Positions 1-10,100 of a DNA stretch of 64,000 nt are shown in pieces. Both the position numbers and the translations under genes were made by a program. The notes below the pieces were generated by a model. That model was given only the letters and a program-made list of their open reading frames with translations, did no database searches and was not told the DNA's origin. Positions within the stretch are counted from its first letter, which is position 1; each line of letters starts with the position of its first letter. The DNA comes from Dimorphilus gyrociliatus (taxonomy: Eukaryota; Animalia; Annelida), in assembly GCA_904063045.1 (NCBI GenBank), contig CAJFCJ010000007.1, forward strand, positions 244,819-308,818, written 5' to 3'.

Positions 1-468
1 TAATCGGTCTTTAGCTTTCCCGACTTCTTACTGTGAATGTCAAAATGTCATTGACGGAAAAGAGGAAAACAAAATTTAGAGCTTACCCAGATTGGGGAGC
101 GAAGTTAGTATCAAGAGTTATTTTCAATCCCTTGGCTAGTTGATCTTCAACGCTGACTTCAGTTGCCAAAACATTTTCGGTTGTCCATTTTTCAGTGAAG
201 GTCAATTTATGCTTCTTGACTTTATATTTCGTTTCGAGCGACCCTCCGACTTTAGCATTTTCGTGGTTAGATGAACCATTAGAGGTAAATTCTACACCAC
301 TGTTCGTGCGAGTTTTGACTTCCAATTTGTAGAAACCATAATCTACAGAAATTACGCATTATTTATATATCAATGGAAATTACTATTGTCTTACTTACTA
401 AATCCTTTATTAAATAAATCTCTGGCGGATTTTCCCAGATCACTGTAAGAAGGTGGAATAACTGCCAT
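1..468 (-). CDS. VDAC: Voltage-dependent anion channel (mitochondrial porin), 5' part; gene runs off the window start
   Basis: Exons 399-468, 87-342 and 1-30 (partial) join in frame through two 56-bp GT-AG introns. Translation: MAVIPPSYSDLGKSARDLFNKGFNYGFYKLEVKTRTNSGVEF...KWTTENVL...FAPQSGKKSGKLKTD, the canonical VDAC N-terminal helix and beta strands. Confidence 0.96.
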
Positions 469-730
469 TTTTTTTAATAGAGTTGTGTAAAATTGACTGT
501 TGGGAGGACGGAAATTTTAGCATATATGAGGCAATGAAGCCGACAAGGTCATAAAGAAAAGGACAAGGACGACTAATGTCGAAAAATTCGTAAATATATA
601 ACAAAAAGTATGTGCTAACGTTGGCTTTATTAATTGGTAAGAAAGAAAAACTAAAGAATAGCAGTTCTTGAGATAAAGAATTCAAAAAAAAAGACTAACC
701 TTTATTAAATGGTCACGCCGTATAACCTTA

Positions 731-742
731 GCCACTTCCGGT
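731..742 (-). promoter_or_regulatory. ETS-family motif (ACTTCCGG / CCGGAAGT) near the probable VDAC TSS, in the VDAC-SAMD8 divergent region
   Basis: GCCACTTCCGGT at 731-742, just upstream of a likely VDAC 5'-UTR exon (donor-like AAAG|GTTAGT near 698 on the - strand). A typical housekeeping-promoter motif; function is inferred. Confidence 0.4.
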
Positions 743-1416
743 AAAAGTGAATATTATTTTCGGAGGAATTTGTACTAATATTTTCTTAAATATTTCTAAA
801 ATATTTCAATAAATAATATTTATTTTAATTAATAAAATGCTCTATCTAATAAAATTGATAAATGAGATACGAAAAAAGTAGGTATGGTTAGTTTATGTGT
901 GGAAAAGCGATCTGGCGAAGCAAAAGCAGGTATAGGCCCAATTTACGAAAGAAATTATATCCCTGTCATATGAAATCTTATGAGTTTCAGAAATGAAATT
1001 AATTTCCATGAAATAATAACTTTAAATCAAATTTATAGAATCAACTATAAATATTGATAAGATATAGTTAATTATCTAATGCAATTTTTGCACCTGCTTA
1101 TTATAGATTAATTAGCATTCTCGTTGAAGAATAAATGAAAATTATATCTAATTATTAGTTTAAAAAATTACTTTTTAAATATAGGTTTGATGTATTTGAT
1201 AAAGTGTCCATATTTTATCGGTTAGAACATTAACCCTGCCAATTATAAAATTTGAAATCGAATGCAGCATGTGGCATATATTACCATCGCTAAACTAAAG
1301 AATATTAAATATCAATATCTGTAAAGAGTATAAAAAACTTTCAAAAAATTCTTACACTATATCTAGATGGCATTTCGCTGTTATCTATATCCTGTTAAGT
1401 AAAAGGCTTAATACAA

Positions 1417-1440
1417 ATATATATATATATATATATATAT
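1417..1440. repeat. (AT)n microsatellite
   Basis: Perfect AT dinucleotide run read directly from the sequence. Confidence 0.9.
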
Positions 1441-1804
1441 GTTGTTTGCTAAATTCGATCGATAGAACATTACTATTGTCCTCTTTACTGTAAAGGACTA
1501 TATTTTTGATATTAGACGGTTACAACAGGTGTGTCTATTATTCTTATTTTTTATTATATTCTAATCAATAAAAGTTTAAAAAGTATATTATATTATGTCT
1601 AGTTCATTGTCTCTAGCCATCTCCACCTATTTTTTAATCATACCGCGAAAATCCTCTAAGTTTGCTTTGGCAAAGCAGAAATTTGTTAAATTTTATAATG
1701 TTCTAAGTTTATTTAATAAATGTTAAAAAAATATATAAAATAATATATTTATATATTTTTTTTTTAAAATAAAGAATTAGATATAGTGAGAATCTCTTAG
1801 TAAG

Positions 1805-3134
1805 ATGAATTCAAAGGGCGATAATGGAAGAATATTTGAAGAAACATGTGTTGTTGACTGGACATGCGATCAAGTATCTTCATGGCTTCAACAAACCGGT
1901 TTTGGTTGTTATACGGAACTCTTTACAGTGACACATAAAATTGACGGAAAAGCTTTACTAACGTTAACGGAAAATGATCTTAGACAAGCCCCACTGGCCA
2001 TCAAAATTCTTGGAGATATTAAAAAGTTGATGATAAATATAAGTAATCTTCGATCTAAAAATCGTAATGGGCTACAAACACTTGGCTTGGACAACCATTC
2101 ACGAAAATACTATCATAGTTTATCAACCACTGAGCTATTAGAGGTTGAAACGAAGCATATTTCATCTCAGTTACTACCGGAATACTTCAAATTGATAGTC
2201 TCTTACTTTTACATGTCGATTTCATTTATGATAACAGCATTTGTTATGGTAATTGTACATGATAGAGTACCAGATATGAAAAAATACCCTCCCCTACCTG
2301 ATATTGTCTTAGATAACCTTCCTTATATCCCATGGGCTTTTGACTTGTGCGAATTTTGTGGAGCTTTTCTTATGTTCCTTCTTGTATTGATTTTATTTTT
2401 TCATAAGCATCGGTAAGTTAGAATTATTGTTAATTAACTTTACTTTTTATTTATATTTTCTTTGCTCTCCCATAGTTTTATTATTATGCGACGCCTTTTT
2501 GCTATATCTGGAACCATCTTCCTTTTGAGATGTATCACGATGCTAATAACGTCGTTGTCTGTTCCAGGAGCACATTTACAGTGCGCCCCCAAGGTACAAA
2601 AGCATATTTGTACAAAATATAAAATTTATTAAATTAATAATAATTATATATGTATAACAGTCATATGGCGATCTATGGGCCAAACTTAATAGAGCATTCG
2701 TCATTTCGAAAGGATTTGGGATGTCATTGCAGGGTGTAAGAACATGCGGAGATTATATGTTTAGCGGTCATACAGTTGTGATAACCATTCTAAATTTTGC
2801 TGTCACTGAATATACTCCTAAAAGATTTTACTGGATCCAAACTGTGTCTTGGATAACCAATATATTTGGAATATTTTTTATATTAGCGGCTCACGAGCAT
2901 TACTCTATAGACGTATTTATAGCGTTCTATATAACTAGTAGATTATTTCTATATTATCATACTTTGGCTGGTATAAATCGTAAACCAAGCGTCTCGTCAA
3001 CAGTATGGTTCCCGCTATTCTCCTACTTCGAATCTAATATAGATGGACCTTTACCAAACGACTACGAATGGCCATTAAAATTTAATGAATTAAAACTGTC
3101 TATACAAGGGTTTTATAAACGTAAAATGTCTTAG
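1805..3134 (+). CDS. SAMD8: Sphingomyelin synthase-related protein (SMSr, ceramide phosphoethanolamine synthase) with N-terminal SAM domain
   Basis: Exons 1805-2412, 2476-2593 and 2661-3134 have consistent phases. SAM domain ([10 protein letters not shown]...[14 protein letters not shown]), HDRVPD/PPLPD motif, and catalytic motifs [10 protein letters not shown] and AHEHYSIDV. Confidence 0.95.
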
Positions 3135-3599
3135 GAACGAAACCAAGATGACCAATTTTTCATTAAAAGAGAAAGAAAATATTAAAAATGCATGTGATAC
3201 ATTTGTTTAAAAATAAATTAATATTTTCTAAAAAAGAAAGCACTCTTTTCTTAATTTAATAAATATTAATATAATTTTTGAATATTTACCTTGATAAGTC
3301 ATGCGAGTGTATTATCATAGGATATCCGTCTAGTGAGTACCTTTACTAAGTAGCGCGTGGGAAAAAAATGGTTACGCAAGACGAAGAAAATTTGTCACAC
3401 GGATAAACTCTTGATAAAATCTATTATTTCCCCTACAACGTATCAAATTTATCGGGCTAAGGACCGAGAGGCGGGGCTTGCATGGGAAAATATTACCGTG
3501 GGATGTGACAAAAAGGGGTGTTTCGCAACATTTCCTATAAAACCTGATAAGAAGTGTGGGTGAATTTATTTGCGCTCCAGACAGCCGTCCGAGAGAACA

Positions 3600-4183
3600 A
3601 TGACCGACATGAGTGTACAAAATGTCTATGCATTGCCAAATTGCCTTTTTTCGGATGAATCAACGGCTCCTAGTCCTTCTAATTCTCCTAAAATTGTTAA
3701 GGAAGGTAGGTCTCCGTGTTAATTTATTAGTTAATTACTCGAAAAGCCTAATAATATTGGTAAAAACTGAACGTTTTGAATATAGACACTTTTGACGCTG
3801 AATTCTGGACGGGAGACGACGCCATGGAAAAACTACTGGATACCGTTCAAATGCGAGAAAAGGCTGGAGATTTTGAAAAAGTAATGAACAAAGTTCTAAG
3901 TAAGATGGACGAAGTTCGTGCGAAAACCCCGTATCAAGGTCCAAGGAGAGTTTACGGAGAATTTCAATGTTCGAATTGCAAGAAAAAATGGGTAAGTGGC
4001 TATAGCTGGGCAAATACTGCTCAACTATGCGCTAATTGTAAATGTGAAGTTTTTCCACACGTTCAAAAGAAGCTAATTAAAAGTAATGTTCCATTGGACG
4101 AAGTACCGATTATGCATAAGAGTGAATTATGCAAAAAATGTATTGAATCAGGTCATTTCTGCCGTAGATTACGTTTTACTTAA
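3600..4183 (+). CDS. ZCCHC24: ZCCHC24-like protein with C-terminal 3CxxC zinc finger
   Basis: Exon 3600-3705 (MTDMSVQNVY...KIVKE, donor G|GTAGGT) joins 3786-4183 in phase 1. TPYQGPRRVYGEFQCSNCKKKWVSGYSWAN...CANCKCEVFPHVQ...HKSELCKKC...CRR closely follows the ZCCHC24 C-terminal domain. Symbol is tentative because the N-terminal CCHC knuckles are absent. Confidence 0.82.
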
Positions 4184-4904
4184 TGAATAAAGTAAGAAAA
4201 CCACCATAACGGCCAATGAAATGCAGTTTCGATGAATTTTGTCCCAGTTAGTTCTTCGTTCTCAGTATTTCTTTTATTTTTCTCATTTTCAAAAGTGTTC
4301 AATGTTTATTTTATTCTTTCGTAATTTTTTTTCTTCGTAAATTTTTTAGTTCGTTAGAACAAAAATAATGAGAAAAAAAAAAACAAAATACGTTACTTTT
4401 TCCCATCGTATCACGTGACTTTTCGTTTTTTTTTGATGAATAAAAAAGCTTATGGAATTTATAATTCTGTTGTTTTTTTTTATTATTATTTTAGTTATAT
4501 TCATTAACTATGCGGCTTTTTATAAGACGAATATGTTAATTTTCATAAAAACCAGGATTCTAAAAATATAGTTGGTTACATAAAACGTTATCATACGATG
4601 CGGATGCACGTTGTAAGACTTATTTTAATAAAATATGCTCAACGCCATCTATTGGGAAGAATATGATTTTCTGCTGGAGATAGTAAAAGTTTGTTGGAAA
4701 AGGTTAATTTAGTATATGTTCACCTTTTCTTTGGAGGTCGAATAAGCATTTGCCAGGAGCGGCTATATTACGTGTAAGAAAAATATAAGGATTACTAGGG
4801 AATGGTTATTGATATTTTCTCTCATTTGGCACTTTAGACTATTAAAGTTTTCTTTTGCTAAGCCTAGACAAATCTCAATTAGAAAAGAAAACAAACAAGA
4901 CGAG

Positions 4905-5465
4905 ATGTTTTCACTCGGTCTACTCTCTCGAATGGATAACGCTGACTCAATCGAGATGGAGGAGGAAATAGAGAAACTCTTTGAAAATGCATCAAAACTA
5001 AATGGAAAACCAACAGAAGTAACTCCTTATCTTTACATCGGTAATTATAATAACGCTTACGATACTGCTCTGCTTAAGAAATTGGGAATAACACACGTCC
5101 TAAATTGCGCACAACTTCTTCCTGCAAACCCGTATAAAGGACACGAAGAGTTGACTGGAGTAAGATTTTACTGCCAGTTCGAGGCTAGAGATGACAATTC
5201 GTACAACCCTTTACAACATTCGAATTTGGTCGCAAAATTTATTGAACACGCCCGCGCTGGAAAAGGTAAAGTTTTACTGCATTGCATCAGAGGCGTGAAT
5301 CGTAGTGTTTGTTTAGCTTTGGCATACTTAATGGAGCATCAAGGTTGGAATTTATTGGAAGGAGTTAAATTTTTAGCTGAAAAACGAGGAAAATGTCTTG
5401 AAAATAATAACTTTCGTCAATGTTTAATCGAGCTTAATTCAAAAATAAGAACAGCGTCACTATAA
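4905..5465 (+). CDS. Atypical dual-specificity phosphatase, DUSP3/13/26/29-like, intronless CDS
   Basis: First ATG at 4905 (the track start at 4809 is TTG). Motifs EVTPYLYIGN, LKKLGITHVLN, general-acid Asp region (EARDD) and catalytic HCIRGVNRS (HCxxGxxRS) followed by AYLM. No rhodanese domain. Confidence 0.93.
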   Translation: MFSLGLLSRMDNADSIEMEEEIEKLFENASKLNGKPTEVTPYLYIGNYNNAYDTALLKKLGITHVLNCAQLLPANPYKGHEELTGVRFYCQFEARDDNSYNPLQHSNLVAKFIEHARAGKGKVLLHCIRGVNRSVCLALAYLMEHQGWNLLEGVKFLAEKRGKCLENNNFRQCLIELNSKIRTASL

Positions 5466-7186
5466 ATTCTTCTTTGGAACAGATTTATAAACTTACATAT
5501 TATTATATATCAATCTTATGGATTTACAGTACAACAATTAGTATTGGATTATTATACAATATATTTCAAAGGCCTTAATTTATTAAACTGTGTAAGGACC
5601 ATACGATCAAGCGATTATCCTAACTACGCATTAAACTAGGCTGCATACAAAGCATTTTTTTTGCAGTGGGCAGAAAAAGAATGCGGTTGAAAGAAGTATG
5701 ATTCCCTCAGTCAAAATCTAAGAATATCCTTATTTTTGCCCTCCTAAAAAATTAAAATAATGTTCCCTATACTTCTCTTTCTTTCCGCCAAATTTATATT
5801 GGTATGTTTTGCAACTGTACCAATCATAAATATTGATAAAAGTATGAATTACTATCTCGTATACCGTATATTAATGATAAAGAATAAAATTTTCATTTTT
5901 GCACAATATATATTAGTATAAATATAGAGTAAACATATATTATATATATATATATAATATAGGTTATACCTGTTATTATTTATTGATAAATCAATGATTG
6001 CCAGGATTATACAGATAAATAATATTTTCAATATATACAATATGTACATAATATATAAATAAAAATCTGTTGTATTAATAAATATTGATGGAAAAACTGC
6101 AACTTTCTGTCTTGTTTCTATTTTTACAAATGTAAATCAGTTTAAATACATTTCTCTATTAAAGTTAATATAAAAAGTAATTCAATATTTCTATTCATTT
6201 GAATAAAAACTACTTATTAATAAATGTATTAAATTATAAGCAAGATTTGTATTTTATAAATAACTTCTTTAATTAGAATATACTGGATCAAAACAAAAAC
6301 TTTATTAATATTTATATAAGATATCTTTGATTATAGATAATGCGAAAGTTAAACCATTACATGTTTATATTACCTATATAAAACGACAAATTTTGCAATG
6401 AAAGACAGAAAATAAGCATGGAAATATAATCAATAGGGCTATAGGTAATATTCAATGCATAATCTAGGTAATAAGTATTTCTCAAAAGTACGCCGTTTGA
6501 ATGGTCAATTCACCAGTAGTTGACTCAAAACAGATTTTTATCATTTACCTAACCTTGAACTCTTCAGAAATATATTTAAAAACCTCATGTAGAATAACAT
6601 AGATTAAGGAATATTTTGTTATAATTAATTTGTCTCATAGAGGGCGTTTATGAAATTTTTTAAAAAAATATCCTTTTCCAAGAAGAGAATTGAAAAGAAT
6701 TGTGTTAGTTTTCTAGTTGAGCAAGTGTACTTATTACAAAGCATAATATTATTATTTTTTTTCTATTTAGTAACTAATATTGTAATTAACCTTCTATGTA
6801 TTATGCATATTCATAAAGTAATAATAAGGCTGGTTTTTGACTAATAACCCAGATTGAACGCACGATATACGAAGACGATAAGTAACTCAAGAAGTTTGAA
6901 CAAACAAATCTCCAGTTACAATTATATTTGTAACCTGGCTTATACTCGTTCAAACAACCAAATATGAAAATTTAAAAACAAGGTACTTGATCGATTCCCG
7001 CTAGATGTCGTTGAATTCGTTAAATGCCTGGTCTAAAATAGTTGGCATTCAAGAACGCATTAAGCGTAAACATTCTTTTACGTCGCTGTTTATTTTTGGT
7101 TGAAGACGATCAGTTTTTTATTCAATATCCTGCGCTGAATAGTACCGCAAAAAAACGCACTGGGACAGGACTTTATAACGAAAAAA

Positions 7187-10100
7187 ATGAACGTTATCTA
7201 CCTCACACTTGTCTTAATTGGATCATGCAGACTTGGATTATTAACAGTAAACCATCAAAGTCCTACTTGTTCAGGTGGGTAACAAAGAGTAAGCGATGGA
7301 ATTAAGAATTAGAGGCTATAAAAATCTTTTTGTAGCATTTTACTTTTTGTGTATGTTAGTAACGGGAAACGTGTTCAAAAAATGCTTAAACAGCTACGTC
7401 CTGTACTGAAAAAGAAAACACTCAACGCAGATAAAACGTATTAAATAAATACAACTTTTCAAGTAGAAGCATGCAAAATTTATTTTCTAACACCTGCATA
7501 TTTATGTTCAGGGATTGCTGATATCCGTATTGTGGAACAGCCAGAAAATCGAACGATTGCTTGCGACCATACTGACGAATGGCCGATTAACTACGAACCG
7601 AAGGATGTTAAAGTGATAATAGAATGGTACCACAACGGAACGTTAATGACTGAAGATTACAATCAAAGATTGTTAGTAGCTTTACATAAGCTTTCCTTGA
7701 AAATGTTAAACGCTTAAATAAAAAAAAAAGTTAAAAAGAGAGACAAGAGATAAAAATTATCGTACTTTAAAACTGCACTAACTCAACTTTCTTATTATAT
7801 TAGTTTATTACTATTTATTAATAATATTTTATTCTTATTTTTTTCTAATTTTGTAGGAATGAAGCAAAAAATCAAATGGAATTTAGACCCATAGTAATGC
7901 GCAATTGTGGCACTTATTATTATCGTATTATGCCAAATTTTGCGTATTATAACTGTTCGGAACCACAACCGAAAATATGGATTAAAAGTCGAACATTTCA
8001 CGTATTCCTTCATTGTAAGATTAATTTCTTGATTTAATAAACATATACAGTATACTACTTATATATACATATACTTTTTTTTTATTAATTTATAGCTCCA
8101 GCTAAAATAACAAGCTTTATAAAAAATCGAATAGTAAGGAACGGAACTGTTATAACAGCTACTTGTGATGTTCAGGGTTCACCCCTACCTAAGATTAAAT
8201 GGCTCATAAATAATAAATTGGTTAGTAATTTTCCATATTTTTATCGTTAAAATTTTATTAGGATCACAATAAGTATAACTAACATTGTTTTTCTTTTATG
8301 GGTCAAAGTCATAAGCAACGTGAGAAAATCAAAGCAGTTTAGCTTGATAAAAAGAGTATTAATTTTAAATCTGTGCAGTGTTTTAATCTCGTAATTATTT
8401 TTCAAAGATTATTGTTATAAGATCAAAGTATACAAAAAAAGGAATCTTTTCTTTATATTTAATCAAGCCTTTATAGGTTTAATATAAAATTAGTATTCAA
8501 AACTTGAGCTAAAAGCAATTTAAACAAAGATCCTCCAGGGTAGCTAACAACAATTAAACAACAATTGACCTCTGTTTAAAAAAAATCAAATCACGTGGCC
8601 AACAACCATTTGAAAGTTCGTTATTTATCTTATCTGCCTACCTACTTCTCTTACTCTCTTACTCTGTCTCTTTTTGTTCAATTAGTCTTTATTTTTTTAC
8701 TCTATTTCGGTCGTCCGGGGGTCGATTTATCGAACACTCTTTCGTTAGAAATTATCTGAGAAGACAAATATAGGCCTACTGTAAACAAGTCAATATGCGT
8801 CAAAATAGTTGAAATTCCGCGGAGATTTTACTTATACTTTAAAGTGGAAGAAAATATAGAAATTTTATTTTTTTATGCGTACAGCTTGAGAAAGAAACCA
8901 CGACTGGAAAATTCAACTCGACAATTGAAATAAAACCGCGTTTTTCTTCGAATATCACATGCCAGGCAGTTAATATAGCAGTTTATGACACTATGGGAAA
9001 TAAACGTAAGGAAACTGACTCGTCTACCGCAACAATTACAGTCAGTGAGTACAAAGAACATTATATATTTCTCTAATATTAAATTTCCGTGTTATAATTT
9101 CTTAAGTTACGTAACTAGTTCCTTTTATATTCATGAACGCAAACCAAATATTCTATTAAAAAAGCTCTCTATTTAGAAAGAGGAGACAGAGTTTTGAATA
9201 GGCTCGTTAATATATTGTATAGGAATATAGATAAAGCTTATTGAAAGACTTTTTTCATAAAATCCCTACTTGCATTGCTTATATTATATAAACATATAAA
9301 TGTACTGTTCAAAAAAGATTTCTTATATATACAGAATATATTATAGATTTTTACGAACTAATTAACATTACTATAGTCATATTAAAACTGGGTTATTAAT
9401 ATTTCTATAACATTACTATTGAAGGTATTCGCTTAAATTTGGATATATAGTTCGTGTCTTAGGGTATTGATGGCGGAATGTTAGACGTCTAAAGTTTTTA
9501 CTATAATATTGTTTAATTTTTTTTCATATTGCACCTTTACTCTACAACTCTACAGTTCCGAAGTAAGTATTTTACAAGCTATAGTATTCATGTATTTAAA
9601 AAATTTCTTAGTGGGCTTGGTCGTTATAGACTTTTTATTTAGATTGTACTTAATCGGGGAGTGGAATAGAAGGAAATAGTGAGTGAGTGTTAAGGGGAGT
9701 GTTAGGAAGGAAGGAAGGAAGGAAAGAATGGGGTGGGAGACAGAGGCAGATATAAAGTGAGAGAAGGGCGGGGGGGGGGGGGAGGACACGGGGTTAAGAA
9801 AACTCTTTATAAAATTCAATATACAGATGACAGATAAGTTGATAAGAATAAAATAAGCTGGAAATTGATCAGACATACCATAACACTTTTTTAAAAAATT
9901 AATCAGATTTGGATACAGTGAGCGTATACAATTCAAATCGTTCAAAAACTCCTTTTGAACAAAATAAAACAAATATTAAACACAAATTCGACTTAGCATG
10001 TATTCTCAATTTTATATTTGTCTGAAGAAAATACGTTTAGTATTGCGATCAAGGGAATTTTGTTACAATTTATCTTCTAAATTTATCTTCCATATTTTAA

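Noticed and set aside
6400-7180. Possible small gene upstream of MuSK
   Set aside because: Exon-like pieces on both strands could not be joined without stops or non-standard acceptors.
7296-7350. Alternative first exon MELRIRGYKNLFVAFYFL (phase 1, GTATGT donor)
   Set aside because: It is phase-compatible but a weaker signal peptide than 7187-7274. Kept only as a possible alternative start.
9550-9972. 140-aa - strand ORF with a poly-Pro stretch
   Set aside because: Produced by the intronic G/purine tract; no domain, and it lies inside a MuSK intron.
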